From assembly GCA_031290855.1 (NCBI GenBank), contig JAISLM010000021.1:1-51394 (forward strand): a stretch of DNA of 51,394 bases, given 5' to 3'. The translations under genes were made by a program, and so were the position numbers. Below the pieces are notes generated by a model. It was not told the DNA's origin. It did no database searches and saw nothing but the letters and a program-made list of their open reading frames with translations. Every line of letters begins with the position of its first letter. Position 1 is the first letter of the stretch. The DNA comes from Spirochaetaceae bacterium. GTDB taxonomy: Bacteria; Spirochaetota; Spirochaetia; Treponematales; Breznakiellaceae. Shown here in pieces: positions 33,351 through 44,138 of this stretch.

Positions 33351-34906
33351 GGGATCGCCGCCCCGCTCATTGCCGCGTTTATCCGGTTCTTTGCCGCGGA
33401 ACTATCCTTGCCCCTGAGCGCGTCTCTTTTCAGGTACAGAACGATTTTGCCCCGGCACATCGCAAAGATTTCGTCCGAAAGCTCCAACAGGTCGTTCAGG
33501 TCCGACAGGAACAGCAGAACCGCCTTTCCCGCGTCCGCCGCGTCCCGTAAAAGGGCGAACAGGGCTTTCCGGCGGCGTCCGTCCAGCCCCCAGCCCGGTT
33601 CCGACATTATGATTACCCGTGCGTTTTCGGCCAGTTCACGCGCTACAAGCAGACGTTGCAGCATACCGCCCGACAGGGAGGCGGCCTTCACGCCGGGCGG
33701 CCCGGCTATGTCTGCCTGCCGCATGAGACGGCGCGTCCATTCGCGCAAGCGCCTGCCGTCTAGCAGTCCGATCCCCGCAAGCGGGCGGGACGGTTGGGGG
33801 AAGCGCCGGTGCGCGTGTATCACCAGGTTGTCGCGGATCGAAAGTTCATTGTCCCAGGCGGCTATCGACCGTCCGCCGTCCATACCCAGATATGCGCCGC
33901 CGTTCCTGCGGAAGCCGAGCGTCCCTGCTTCCATAACGGCGTTTCCAGTCAGAATCCGTCCGGCGGCGGGCCGCAGGAACCCGGCAAGCGCCAGCATCAG
34001 CGTTTCCGTGCCGCTTTCGCGCACACCGGCAAGACCGTACACAAGGCCGCCGCGAAGTTCTATGTTTATCGGGCCTATGGCCGGGTATCCGGCCTGTTCC
34101 GCAGACAGACTTTCAGTCCGTAAAAGAGTTTGCGGGGCGGCCGGGACGGCGGGCTTCCGTTTGGGCGGCAGGACGGCGGGCTTTCCGTACTCCTCGCCAA
34201 ACATCAGCGGGATTATTTTCTCCGCACCGAATTCTTGCCTGTTCAGCACAGCGGCGGTGCGTCCCTTGCGGAGGACGGTGGCCCGCCGGGCGATTGCGAG
34301 CGTCTCGTCCAGCTTGTGGGAGATGATCACGATGGTCAGTCCCGAAGCGGCCAGCCGACCGAGCAGCGCGAATATATTTTCGCTTTCCTGCTGATTCAGG
34401 ATCGCGGTGGCCTCGTCAAAGATGATCACGCGCACCTTCCGCAGCAGCGCCGCCAGCACCGCCGCCTTCTGCCGCCCCGCCGCGTCGAGGGACTCGGAGG
34501 GGGCTTCGACCGGCAGGTCGAAACCCCATTCCCGCGAGAGCCGGCTTACCGTGTCGCGGGAAGCGCGCCGCTGAAAGAAAGGGCCGCGCCGCGTTTCCGC
34601 GCCCAGTACGCAGGCCTCCCAGACGCGCAGTCCCGGGCAGATCGCCGGCCTCTGCCTTACCATGCTTATACCGCACGAAAGGGCGTCCGCCGGCGAAAAA
34701 AAGCGCCGGGTTTTACCGTCTACCGTGATCTTGCCGCTGTCCGCCTGCTGAAAACCGGCCAATATCTGCATCAAAGTTGATTTTCCGGCCCCGTTCTCGC
34801 CGAAGACCGCGTGAATCTCGCCCTGCCTGAGTTCAAAATCCGCCCCCTCCAATGCCCGCGCCCCGTTGGACGGGAAGGTTTTGTAAATATTCTGTAATTG
34901 AAGCAA
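33347..34906 (-). CDS. ABC transporter ATP-binding protein with duplicated ATPase domains
   Basis: Walker A GENGAGKST, Walker B IIFDEATA, a second degenerate domain with LSGGMLQR and IIMSEPGWGLD. Confidence 0.9.
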   Translation of the reverse strand: MLQLQNIYKTFPSNGARALEGADFELRQGEIHAVFGENGAGKSTLMQILAGFQQADSGKITVDGKTRRFFSPADALSCGISMVRQRPAICPGLRVWEACVLGAETRRGPFFQRRASRDTVSRLSREWGFDLPVEAPSESLDAAGRQKAAVLAALLRKVRVIIFDEATAILNQQESENIFALLGRLAASGLTIVIISHKLDETLAIARRATVLRKGRTAAVLNRQEFGAEKIIPLMFGEEYGKPAVLPPKRKPAVPAAPQTLLRTESLSAEQAGYPAIGPINIELRGGLVYGLAGVRESGTETLMLALAGFLRPAAGRILTGNAVMEAGTLGFRRNGGAYLGMDGGRSIAAWDNELSIRDNLVIHAHRRFPQPSRPLAGIGLLDGRRLREWTRRLMRQADIAGPPGVKAASLSGGMLQRLLVARELAENARVIIMSEPGWGLDGRRRKALFALLRDAADAGKAVLLFLSDLNDLLELSDEIFAMCRGKIVLYLKRDALRGKDSSAAKNRINAAMSGAAIP

Positions 34907-34913
34907 TTTTTCG

Positions 34914-35984
34914 CTAGTTTTCCAGGATCAGTTCGCCGGAACGCAGACGGGATAACATCTCATGTTGTTTCTTTCGGACGGAATCGCTTACGGCGGCGGC
35001 GTACAGCGGGTCATCCTCGATAAAATCGACATAAGCGTCCCGTATGCCCACAACTTCCGCCTCTCCGAAAGACAGTTTCCCTTCCAAAAAGAGCTTCGTC
35101 CTGCTGTAGGCCGCCCTGTCCTGAAGCAGGACGCAACTGCCGACGATGTAGGGAGGCCGCACCGCATAGCCGTTTGTGTCGAACCAGACGATCCGGGCCC
35201 TGTCCGTCCCGGCCTCCACCGCCGCCTGCACCGCGCCTTCGTTTGCGCCGCCCGCGACGCACAGAAGCACGCGGGCGCCCGCCTTGATCATGCCGGCGGC
35301 AAGCTCGGCGCATTTGGCCGCGTCGTACCAGTTACCGACAACCCTGAAGTCAACCGCTATGCCGGGATCCACGGCAAGCGCGCCTTCGCGGTAGCCGGGC
35401 AGTATAGTTTGCAGCATGGCCGGGTACTCCTGGGCGGCGATAAGCCCCACCCTGCCGCCGCCCGCCTCGGCGGCGACCAGCGCGGCGAGATAGCCGGCCA
35501 TGTAGGCCTGCTCCCGCTGGTTGTACCTGAGCGTGTATATGCCGGGATCGCCTGAAAGCTCGCCGTCAAGCAGCAGGAAGCGCTGCGCCGGAAATTTGGC
35601 CCGCACGGCCCGCGCAAGTTCCGGCAGGGACGGGTTGGACGACACGATCAGATCGTAAGCGCCGCTTGCCGCAAGCGCGGTAAGTTTCGCTTCCCATTCG
35701 GCCTGGTTGTAGCCGCCTTCGATCACCTGCACCGTTACAGGCTGACCATCGTCCGCAGCGTTGCGCTCGTCGGCGGCCCACTTCACGCCCTCGGCAAGCA
35801 TCTCGTAGATAGGACTACCCGAAGCCGCGCCCGGTATGAACACGGCAATCGATACGGACTTTGTCCCCGTTTGCGCGGCAGGCCGGGCCGTTGAAGGCTG
35901 CCTGGGTTTGCAGGCGGCAAACACTAAAGTCGCGGCGATCAGCATGACCGCCATTCTTTTTTTCCTGTTAATATTTTCTTTCAT
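34914..35984 (-). CDS. BMP-family ABC substrate-binding lipoprotein (RfuA-like, riboflavin inferred)
   Basis: Lipobox LVFAAC and a BMP/PnrA/TmpC-like sequence. An FMN riboswitch lies immediately upstream. Confidence 0.85.
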   Translation of the reverse strand: MKENINRKKRMAVMLIAATLVFAACKPRQPSTARPAAQTGTKSVSIAVFIPGAASGSPIYEMLAEGVKWAADERNAADDGQPVTVQVIEGGYNQAEWEAKLTALAASGAYDLIVSSNPSLPELARAVRAKFPAQRFLLLDGELSGDPGIYTLRYNQREQAYMAGYLAALVAAEAGGGRVGLIAAQEYPAMLQTILPGYREGALAVDPGIAVDFRVVGNWYDAAKCAELAAGMIKAGARVLLCVAGGANEGAVQAAVEAGTDRARIVWFDTNGYAVRPPYIVGSCVLLQDRAAYSRTKLFLEGKLSFGEAEVVGIRDAYVDFIEDDPLYAAAVSDSVRKKQHEMLSRLRSGELILEN

Positions 35985-35986
35985 GT

Positions 35987-36136
35987 CTCTTTTCTCCCAT
36001 CCGGACTGTACCGTCGGCGCCGGAATTTCACCGGTTCAGTCCAAAAACCCTTTTGAGGCCCCTGGAGTCGCGGGCTTTAACCGCCGGTCGGGATTCACGA
36101 AGCCTGACGGCTTTGCGCTAACCCTACCCCGAAAAT
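35987..36136 (-). promoter_or_regulatory. FMN riboswitch (RFN element)
   Basis: The minus strand reads UUUUCGGGGUAGGGU...GUGAAUCCCGACCGGCGGUUAAAGCCCGCGAC...GGACUGAACCGGUGAAAUUCCGGCGCCGACGGUACAGUCCGGAUGGGAGAAAAG. This matches the conserved RFN blocks. The 3' P1 strand contains the GGGAG Shine-Dalgarno, 9 nt before the ATG. Confidence 0.85.
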
Positions 36137-36257
36137 TAATTTGTATTATCACCCGGAAACCGAAATTCCCGAATGAATCCAGCATAATTTATCCGTGCCG
36201 GGATGACAAGCGGTTCCGCCGGCGCCGTAGAAAAAGAGGCAGGCCCGCCATTTAAAT

Positions 36258-36295
36258 CCCCGCCGCGCCCGTTCCCGACTGAAGGGGCGCGGCGG
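36258..36295 (-). terminator. GC-rich hairpin downstream of the EEP gene (possible terminator)
   Basis: CCGCCGCGCCCC-loop-GGGCGCGGCGG stem on the minus strand, followed by ATTTAAAT. It is nested inside a 14-bp inverted repeat AAGCGGTTCCGCCG / CGGCGGAACCGCTT. Confidence 0.4.
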
Positions 36296-36301
36296 AACCG
36301 C

Positions 36302-37492
36302 TTAGCGTTTTTTGTTTTCCAGCGTCAGCAGAAGCGGCAGGTGGTCGCTTAGCCCGGAACCAGTACGCGTGTTGTACGTGTCAGGCTCGCCTTTGGAATT
36401 GACAAAAGGTTCAGCGTCAAGCACCGCCGCATCTTTGAATTCCCAGCCGGCCGAGTCGAAAAACGCTTCGGATAATAAAAAATGGTCTATACTTTCCCAG
36501 CCACCGCCGTAATAGTAAGAGCCTTTTTCCAGTTCCGTCTCCCATGGCGTATAGAAAACACCGTCCATACCGGGAAAAAATGACGAGTATGGCGGTTTTT
36601 CCGTACTCAACACCAAAAAATCCTGCAAAATCTGTGTATCCGCCCCTTCCTCCTCATCATCCGAAACACGATCGGACCCTACAATGCTTGCCGCTTCGGG
36701 GGAATCAGGCATTAGCGCACATCGTAATTCGCCGTCCTGACGGATAAATTCGTCATAATTTTCGTTCAAATCACCCAAAATCAGGATTGGTATGTCAGGC
36801 TCCTCCGCTTTTATAACCTTTATGCGCCGCAGAATCACGCGGGCAGCCTCGCGCCGCAGCGTTTCGGTTTCTTCATCGCCGCCAAGTTTGGACTTCCAGT
36901 GACATATAAATATTACGACGGGCTGCCCCTCCGGCTCCAGCCGCACCTCGGCCACGGGCCGGGGAAGGATTTCGCCCAGTATGTTTGATGAATGGGACCG
37001 CGCTGCCAAGAACGGGTAACGGCTTAACAGCCCCAGCCCCAGCGAATAGCCTGGAAGACCCGCAAAAAAACTGTAGCGGTAAGCGCTGTCCGAGAGGTAT
37101 TCCTCAGCAAAATTTTCCAGTACACCCGCATTTTCCACCTCGATAAGGGCGATAACATCAGGGCCTTTCTTTTCTATGGAATATATCGCTTTTGAAAAGT
37201 TGTTCAGCCTTGCCCTGTACTTTTCGCTGTTCCAGCCGTTGCTGTCACGGTACTCGTCGTACTCGATGCCGTCATCCTGCCCGTCAAACAGCGCCTGCAA
37301 ATTCCATGTCACTATCGAAAGTCCGGGGGAAGCGCCCCCTTCCAAAAGCCCCGTGTATACGTCGCAGGAGCCTACGCAGGACATGGCCAACGGTAATGTG
37401 ATCAGCAGAAACATGATCAGCGGCCTGAACTGTACCCGTAATGCTTCCCCGCAACCGTGATTTTTACCTGTAAAATTTATTTCTTTTAGCAT
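36302..37492 (-). CDS. Endonuclease/exonuclease/phosphatase (EEP) family lipoprotein
   Basis: EEP blocks IVTWNLQ, ALIEVEN and SDHLPL. Lipobox-like LAMSC. The start was set at the ATG at 37492, behind GGTGGAGG. Confidence 0.75.
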   Translation of the reverse strand: MLKEINFTGKNHGCGEALRVQFRPLIMFLLITLPLAMSCVGSCDVYTGLLEGGASPGLSIVTWNLQALFDGQDDGIEYDEYRDSNGWNSEKYRARLNNFSKAIYSIEKKGPDVIALIEVENAGVLENFAEEYLSDSAYRYSFFAGLPGYSLGLGLLSRYPFLAARSHSSNILGEILPRPVAEVRLEPEGQPVVIFICHWKSKLGGDEETETLRREAARVILRRIKVIKAEEPDIPILILGDLNENYDEFIRQDGELRCALMPDSPEAASIVGSDRVSDDEEEGADTQILQDFLVLSTEKPPYSSFFPGMDGVFYTPWETELEKGSYYYGGGWESIDHFLLSEAFFDSAGWEFKDAAVLDAEPFVNSKGEPDTYNTRTGSGLSDHLPLLLTLENKKR

Positions 37493-37649
37493 TGCAACCT
37501 CCACCTAAATAAATATGTGCGCTACAATGCGTTTTGATTCAAATTTTTAATTTTTTACGAATACGGAATTTAATTTGCCGCGGTCCCGGCCCACTTCCAA
37601 GGCGGATCGGCACAACGCCGCGTCAAGGCTGTCCTGCGGCGTTTACTTT

Positions 37650-38774
37650 TCAGCTTTCCAGCCTGACCTGGATAAGTTTGTAGCGTCCGTCTTCGTCACG
37701 GCTCCAGTAGATGTCCTGCACGGTGACTTCTCCCGCGCCGCCTGTCTCAAGCGGTATGTTGTGACCGCCGCCTATTGCCCAAAGTTTGACGGCGGATGAA
37801 TTGGATATCCAGATTCGGACGCCGTTTTGGGCCTGGACGGTTTGTTCCTCGCCCTTGATGTAGTAGCGCTCGGTGCGCTTCTGCTGTACCGTCTCGCGCA
37901 TGATTTCCCAGCGGAACATACAGTAGCTGCTGAATACGGCCTGAATCGTGAAGGGGTACGGGTTCGCCGCGTTGAATATGACCTGGGGGGCGTATAGCGC
38001 CGTGTTGAGCGGGGGGATGTCGCCCACCGCTTCGTTAAGCGCCGCCGCTTCGGGCACGACGCTTGGGGACAGTATCTCAAACCGCAACTGCGCGCCTACT
38101 TCGGGGCGGTTCTGCGCATAATCGATCGCGTTTATCTTCAGTTCCGGGACGCCGTCGCTGTTTATATCGGCGACCGCTTCGTTGTTCAGTCCGAGCCGTA
38201 TGTCTTTGCCCGGCGCGGCTATAGTTACAAGATCCGCTATGCTGTTCAGCGCCACCTTATAGATGTTTCCGGACAGCGGGATTACCAGCGTGTCGCCTTC
38301 ATAAAAACGCCGTTCCAGCGTGCCTTCCGCAAACGAATACTCCGCCGGTTTCCGCTCGACGGCGGTTTCGGCCTCTTTGTTCTTTGGCAGCAAAAAAAAG
38401 CGGTAGGCGCCGCCGGCGGCCAGCGCGAGGCCCGCCACAACCAGGAGGCTTTTAAGCAGTATGCGGGGAAGATCGGGCGGCGCTTTGTTAAGAAGCTGTT
38501 CCACCGGGACGGGTTGTTCCTGAATCTTGATTATGCGGTACTGAGATATAAGGTTTTCGATGTTAAGGCCAAGGTATTCGCCGTAATTCCTTAGAAAGCC
38601 CAGAATGTACGTCTCTGCGGGAAACTGGGAAAAATCTTCTTCCTCCAGGGCGGCAATATACTTGCGGGCAATATTCGTTTCACGGGCGGCGTCTTCAATC
38701 GACAGGCCCTTGGTCTCGCGTTCCGCCCTCAGGCGCTCGCCTATGCCTCTTGTATCTCCGTCTGAAATCTTCAT
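37650..38774 (-). CDS. RodZ-like HTH membrane protein
   Basis: N-terminal HTH (IGERLRAERETKGLSIEDAARETNIARKYIAALEE), a single TM segment, and a C-terminal beta-rich domain. Confidence 0.62.
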   Translation of the reverse strand: MKISDGDTRGIGERLRAERETKGLSIEDAARETNIARKYIAALEEEDFSQFPAETYILGFLRNYGEYLGLNIENLISQYRIIKIQEQPVPVEQLLNKAPPDLPRILLKSLLVVAGLALAAGGAYRFFLLPKNKEAETAVERKPAEYSFAEGTLERRFYEGDTLVIPLSGNIYKVALNSIADLVTIAAPGKDIRLGLNNEAVADINSDGVPELKINAIDYAQNRPEVGAQLRFEILSPSVVPEAAALNEAVGDIPPLNTALYAPQVIFNAANPYPFTIQAVFSSYCMFRWEIMRETVQQKRTERYYIKGEEQTVQAQNGVRIWISNSSAVKLWAIGGGHNIPLETGGAGEVTVQDIYWSRDEDGRYKLIQVRLES

Positions 38775-38791
38775 TCTTTACCTCTATCCCG

Positions 38792-39472
38792 CTATTCAGT
38801 GTCTCTGAACAGAAAATCGTTGTAAAGGTTTGCCGAGGCGGGAGAATCGTATATAAAACGCCGCTCCGATATTCCCTGATTAGTCTTGATATCGGAAAAA
38901 TCAAACTGAACCTGGCCGTCCGCGATGGTCGTGCCCTGCATACGCCGTATTAAAAGACTAACGGGATCGATGCTCAGGATTATTTCACGAAAACCTTCGG
39001 AGCCGTAACGCCGCGTGAGACGCAGTTTTACGACCTTTTCGCGGGAGCCTTCATCGAGCGGTACGGGGGCGGGTCCCGTGATAAAGGCCGCCGCAAAATT
39101 CCGCCGCAACAGCGAGAGTCCCCTCGCCGTCGCGAGGTTCGCCCCCGAAGAACGGTTGGAACTTACGCTCTGATTCAGGATTGCGCGGTATTCCGGCAGG
39201 TAAACCGTCAATATGTCGCCGTTAAAAACTATAACCTGTTCGGAGGGCTGCGAAAAATCTATGCGCAAAAAATTAGGCGTTTTATGAACAACGGTTCCAT
39301 ACATATCCGCGCTGCCGGAACGGATCGTTATACGCGCCTCGTAATCGTTAAACCCGGTGTATTTATCCGAAACGCTTTCAAGAAACCTTTCCGCGGTAAC
39401 AATCTGCTGTCCGTTCAGGCTAATCAAAATGGATATGAACTGAAAGAAAACAAAAAAAATCTGTTTTTTCAC
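38792..39472 (-). CDS. LolA-like outer-membrane lipoprotein carrier/sorting protein
   Basis: Signal peptide, and size and pattern of the LolA/LolB fold family. GTG start behind AGGAGAG. Confidence 0.55.
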   Translation of the reverse strand: MKKQIFFVFFQFISILISLNGQQIVTAERFLESVSDKYTGFNDYEARITIRSGSADMYGTVVHKTPNFLRIDFSQPSEQVIVFNGDILTVYLPEYRAILNQSVSSNRSSGANLATARGLSLLRRNFAAAFITGPAPVPLDEGSREKVVKLRLTRRYGSEGFREIILSIDPVSLLIRRMQGTTIADGQVQFDFSDIKTNQGISERRFIYDSPASANLYNDFLFRDTE

Positions 39473-39525
39473 AAACTCTCCTGGCGGCAGGCCGCCGGTA
39501 AAGAACGTGCTGATTCGACTTTACA

Positions 39526-39608
39526 TGCCGAGGATGAGATTCGAACTCACACGGCCTTGCGACCAGGGGATTTTAAGTCCCCGGTGTCTACCATTCCACC
39601 ACCTCGGC
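39526..39608 (-). tRNA. tRNA-Leu (anticodon TAA)
   Basis: Manual cloverleaf: GCCGAGG...GGGGA-CTTAAAA-TCCCC, long variable arm, GTGAG-TTCGAAT-CTCAT-CCTCGGC-A. Confidence 0.9.
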
Positions 39609-39751
39609 CCGCAACCATGGTATTCCGTTTCGGGGGCAAGGTCAACGTACCGCTCTGCCGGGACGGCGGGCTTATGCCCGTGACCGCGCCGTAAAAGTCC
39701 AGGCGTTTAGGCGCCGGATCGGGCGTGAACCCGACCGGCAACCTGACGGCA

Positions 39752-42700
39752 CTATTCGGCTTCCTCCTTTACCATAGCGTCTGGAACCAGCGGCGGGTCT
39801 TCTTCCGACTGGGCTTCCAGTTCGCGACGCCGCAGGATTTCTTCCATGTAGGCGTCCAGGTCCTGTTCCTCTTCATCGAAGAGTTTGGGGTCGCGGTAGT
39901 TCTTCATGCCGGTGCCGGCGGGGATCGGGTGGCCTATGATGATGTTCTCTTTCAGGCCCCGCAGATAGTCCGAGGAACAGGCTATCGCGGCATTGGTGAG
40001 TACGCGCGTCGTTTCCTGGAACGAGGCGGCGGACAGGAACGAATCGATGTTCAGGCTGGCCTTTGTTATCCCCAGAAATACCGGACGGGCTATGGCGGGC
40101 TGCCCGCCTTCCGAAGCCACGCGGGCGTTTTCTTCGTGGAACTTGTACTTGTCGACCATCTGACCAAATATGAAACAGGTGTCGCCCACCGCCACGATCT
40201 CTACCTTTCGCATCATCTGTCTGATGATAACGCCTATATGTTTGTCGTTTATAGAAACGCCCTGTAACCGGTAAACCTGCTGTATCTCGTCCATCAGGTA
40301 GCGCTGCAAGCTGCTTTCGCCAAGAATGTGCAGGACTTCGTGCGGGTTGTAAGCGCCAACGCACAAAGGCTCGCCCGCTTCCACCGTATCGCCGTCGCGT
40401 ACCAGCAAGCGCTTCGTCATCGGGACAAGGTGCTTGTACTCCCTGCCGAATTCGTCCTGCACTATCACGATACGCTTGCTCTTGATGATACCCTTGAACA
40501 GCACCTTGCCCGCCGCCTGCGCCAGCACTGCGGGGCTTTTCGGCTTGCGCGCCTCGAACAACTCGCTTACGCGGGGCAGGCCGGACGTGATGTCCATCGC
40601 TTTTGCCGACTCCTTTAAGGTTTTGGCAATCGTTTTGCCGGCGGAAATCTTGTCGCCGTCGTCGACAAGCAGATAGGCCCCGCCGGGCAGGAAGTAGGAA
40701 GCCTGTTCGTTACCTCCGTCATCGACTATAAGGATTCGCGGTTGTTTGCTTTCAAGCTGGAATTCGGTGACGCGCTTCTCGATGTTGCCCGTTTCCTCGT
40801 CAACTTCTTCCTTTAATGTAGAGCCTAGTATGATGTCCAAAAGTTTGATCGTGCCTGAAGCCTCCGCGATGATTGGGTCGGAGAACGGGTCAAAAACGGC
40901 CATCGTCTTTTCAGCCTCTATCACGTCGCCCTGTTTGACCGCAAGATCGGAGCCGTTGCGGATCTCGATACGCTGTTCCGTACCGATAAGGTAAAGCTTG
41001 CTGTCGCGCACCATAGCGTACGCTATTTCCGGTGATTTTATATTTTTTGCGCCGCGTTTAATGATAAACTCGTCGCGTATAACCCTCTTGCCGTCCTTGA
41101 CAAGAAGCTCATCATCCTTATCCAGCTTGTATTCCTTGATGATTCTGTTCACCGTGATGCTTCCCTTGCGGGTAAACAGCCAGTGACCGTTTTCAAGTTC
41201 TACGTGGGCGCCGCTGATATCGCGTATGTAAACGGGGTATTTTAGGAAGGTGCGGTTGTCCTCGCTAACCTTGGTGGCCGCGCCGCCTATGTGGAAGGTA
41301 CGCATCGTAAGCTGGGTACCCGGCTGACCTATGGACTGGGCGGCGATGGTGCCGACGGCCTCGCCTATCTCGACCGTGCGGTTTGTCGCAAGGTTGCGCC
41401 CGTAACATTTGCGGCAGACGCCGTGCCGCGCCTCGCAGGTAAGCACAGTGCGTATACAGACCGATTCGATGCCGGCGTTTTCTATCTTTTCGGCGATTTT
41501 TTCGGTTATTTCCTCGTTTACGTCTATGATGATTTCGCCCGTAATCGGGTGCCTGACGCGCTCCAGCGTGTAGCGTCCCACGATACGCTCGCTTAAGTGC
41601 TCGACGATCTCCTCGCCGTCCTTGATCGCGGAGTACGAGACGCCGTTTATCGTACCGCAGTCGTCCTCGTTCACGACCATGTCCTGCGCGATGTCAACGA
41701 GACGGCGTGTAAGGTAACCGGCTTCCGCCGTCTTGAGCGCCGTATCCGCCAAACCTTTGCGGGCGCCGTTTGTCGAAATGAAGAATTCGATGACGGAAAG
41801 CCCCTCTTTGAAGTTTGAACGTATAGGCAGCTCTATTATGTCGCCGGAAGGCTTTGCCATAAGGCCGCGCATACCGGCAAGCTGGCGAATCTGGTTGCGG
41901 CTGCCGCGCGCGCCTGAGTTTGCCATCATGTAAACCGAGTTAAACCCGTCCCTGTCCGCTTCAAGCGTCTTCATCATGATGTTGGTAAGGTCTTCGTTCG
42001 TCTTTGACCATACTTCGACAACTCGGTTGTAGCGTTCTTCAGCCGTGATATGACCCTGCCGCCACTGTTTTTGGATCGAATCGACCTCTTTGTTGGCCTT
42101 GTCTATCATATCGGCTTTTTCTTTAGGTACGACGACATCATCCACGCCTATCGTAGCGCCGAACAGCGTGGCGTACTTGTAACCGGTATTTTTTATCGTA
42201 TCCAGCATATTTACCGTCGTCCACGGGCCCTTTTCGGCAAAGATATGTTCGATTAAGGCTCTAAGTTCCTTGTCTTTGAGTTCGTAGTTTATGAACGGAA
42301 TATCTCCGGGCAGTTCCTCGTTCAGCACGAGCCTCCCTGCGCTCGTTTCGATAAAGCCGTTTTCCCCAAGCTTTGCCTCGACACCGGGCTGTTCCCAGAC
42401 AGGCGTTTTGTTGGGACGCACATGTATCATCGCCTCCCATTCAAGGGATTTTGCGTCAATCGCCATCAGGATTTCTTCAAAGGACGAATAGTACTTGCCC
42501 GTACCGGCGGCGCCGGTTTTTATCCGCGTAAGGAAGTTGATGCCCAGCACCATATCCTGTGACGGGAACACGATCGTTTTACCGTTTGCCGGATTCAACA
42601 GGTTACGGGCGGAAAGCATCAGCGTCCAGCACTCCATCTGGGCCGCCTGGGTGAGCGGCACATGAACCGCCATCTGGTCCCCGTCAAAGTCCGCGTTAAA

Positions 42701-44035
42701 GGCGTGGCATACAAGCGGGTTAAGTTTTATCGCCTTGCCTTCTACCAGAACCGGCTCGAAAGCCTGTATGCCCAGCCTGTGCAGGGTAGGGGCGCGGTTA
42801 AGCATAATGGGATGCTCACGCACAACCTCGTCCAAAATCGCGAAAACTTCCGGCTTTTCCTGCTCAACGTGCATCTTTGCCTTCTTGATGTTGCCCGCCA
42901 TCTCCTTGTCAACCAGTTTTTTCATGATGAAAGGCTTAAAAAGCTCCAATGCCATCTTTGTCGGCAGTCCGCACTGCCACATTTTAAGGTCGGGGCCTAC
43001 CGTTATCACGGAACGCCCGGAATAATCCACGCGCTTGCCGAGCAAATTCTGCCTAAAGCGTCCCTGTTTGCCCTTAAGCATATCTGAAATTGACTTTAAC
43101 GGGCGGTTCGAAGCGCCCTTTATAACCCGTTTCTTCTTGGAATTGTCAAACAGAGCGTCAACCGCTTCCTGAAGCATACGTTTTTCGTTCCTGATGATGA
43201 TGTCGGGCGCGTTGAGCGAGATCAGCCGTTTAAGCCTGTTGTTACGGCTTATAACACGGCGGTACAGGTCGTTCAAATCGCTTGTGGCAAAACGTCCGCC
43301 GTCAAGCTGTACCATGGGGCGGAGTTCCGGCGGGATCACCGGTATAACCTCCAGAATCATCCATGCGGGCTTGTTGTCCGAGGCGCGGAAACTTTCAACG
43401 ATATCGATCCGCTTCAAAAGACGTTTATCGCTTTTTGAACCTTTTTCTATCATCCGCGCACGTAGTTCCGCCGCAAGCGTGTCAAGATCGACATCTTCAA
43501 GCAGAACCTTTATCGCCTCAGCGCCCATTGCGGCGTTAAAGCCGTTCGGGTAGAGGTCCTGCTTCTCGTAATACTCGTCCTCTGTCAGAATATCCATCTT
43601 TTTCAGATCTGTATCACCCGGATCGAGGACTATGTACTTTTCGTAGTATAGTACGGAACGCAGTTGGTTCATCGGAATATTTAGTAAAAGACCGATGCGG
43701 CTCGGCACGGAACGGTAGTACCAGATGTGGGAAACCGGCGCGGCAAGCTCTATATGGCCCATCCGCTCGCGCCGTACCTTAAAATGGGTTACCTCGACGC
43801 CGCAGCGATCACAGATAACCCCTTTGTAGCGGATAGACTTAAACTTTCCGCAATAACATTCCCACTCTTTAGTAGTGCCAAAAATACGTTCACAGAAAAG
43901 ACCGTCCTTTTCCGGACGCAGCGTCCGGTAGTTTATCGTTTCCGGTTTTTTGACTTCGCCGTAAGACCAGCTTCGTATCATGTCCGGCGACGCCAGCCGT
44001 ATCTTTATTGAATTAAAATCCTGAATATCACGCAT
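39752..44035 (-). CDS. rpoC: DNA-directed RNA polymerase subunit beta'
   Basis: 1427 aa with the Zn-finger region [23 protein letters not shown] and the catalytic NADFDGDQM. Confidence 0.98.
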   Translation of the reverse strand: MRDIQDFNSIKIRLASPDMIRSWSYGEVKKPETINYRTLRPEKDGLFCERIFGTTKEWECYCGKFKSIRYKGVICDRCGVEVTHFKVRRERMGHIELAAPVSHIWYYRSVPSRIGLLLNIPMNQLRSVLYYEKYIVLDPGDTDLKKMDILTEDEYYEKQDLYPNGFNAAMGAEAIKVLLEDVDLDTLAAELRARMIEKGSKSDKRLLKRIDIVESFRASDNKPAWMILEVIPVIPPELRPMVQLDGGRFATSDLNDLYRRVISRNNRLKRLISLNAPDIIIRNEKRMLQEAVDALFDNSKKKRVIKGASNRPLKSISDMLKGKQGRFRQNLLGKRVDYSGRSVITVGPDLKMWQCGLPTKMALELFKPFIMKKLVDKEMAGNIKKAKMHVEQEKPEVFAILDEVVREHPIMLNRAPTLHRLGIQAFEPVLVEGKAIKLNPLVCHAFNADFDGDQMAVHVPLTQAAQMECWTLMLSARNLLNPANGKTIVFPSQDMVLGINFLTRIKTGAAGTGKYYSSFEEILMAIDAKSLEWEAMIHVRPNKTPVWEQPGVEAKLGENGFIETSAGRLVLNEELPGDIPFINYELKDKELRALIEHIFAEKGPWTTVNMLDTIKNTGYKYATLFGATIGVDDVVVPKEKADMIDKANKEVDSIQKQWRQGHITAEERYNRVVEVWSKTNEDLTNIMMKTLEADRDGFNSVYMMANSGARGSRNQIRQLAGMRGLMAKPSGDIIELPIRSNFKEGLSVIEFFISTNGARKGLADTALKTAEAGYLTRRLVDIAQDMVVNEDDCGTINGVSYSAIKDGEEIVEHLSERIVGRYTLERVRHPITGEIIIDVNEEITEKIAEKIENAGIESVCIRTVLTCEARHGVCRKCYGRNLATNRTVEIGEAVGTIAAQSIGQPGTQLTMRTFHIGGAATKVSEDNRTFLKYPVYIRDISGAHVELENGHWLFTRKGSITVNRIIKEYKLDKDDELLVKDGKRVIRDEFIIKRGAKNIKSPEIAYAMVRDSKLYLIGTEQRIEIRNGSDLAVKQGDVIEAEKTMAVFDPFSDPIIAEASGTIKLLDIILGSTLKEEVDEETGNIEKRVTEFQLESKQPRILIVDDGGNEQASYFLPGGAYLLVDDGDKISAGKTIAKTLKESAKAMDITSGLPRVSELFEARKPKSPAVLAQAAGKVLFKGIIKSKRIVIVQDEFGREYKHLVPMTKRLLVRDGDTVEAGEPLCVGAYNPHEVLHILGESSLQRYLMDEIQQVYRLQGVSINDKHIGVIIRQMMRKVEIVAVGDTCFIFGQMVDKYKFHEENARVASEGGQPAIARPVFLGITKASLNIDSFLSAASFQETTRVLTNAAIACSSDYLRGLKENIIIGHPIPAGTGMKNYRDPKLFDEEEQDLDAYMEEILRRRELEAQSEEDPPLVPDAMVKEEAE

Positions 44036-44055
44036 ACTATCTCCTCCCCCTCCCG

Positions 44056-44092
44056 GTCGATGCCGGTTGACACGATGTAAACCGGCATCGAC
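44056..44092 (-). other. Perfect 13-bp hairpin in the rpoB-rpoC spacer
   Basis: GTCGATGCCGGTT-11 nt-AACCGGCATCGAC, ~20 nt upstream of the rpoC ATG. Confidence 0.8.
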
Positions 44093-44138
44093 TTATTCAT
44101 TTGCCTGGCTTTCACGCAAATCCTGCCATAAAGTAATA

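Noticed and set aside
31245-35781. Alternative-frame and antisense ORFs over the ABC operon (for example 32392-33309, 33336-34394, 34130-34780)
   Set aside because: They overlap clearly homologous transporter genes and have Arg/Pro-rich composition.
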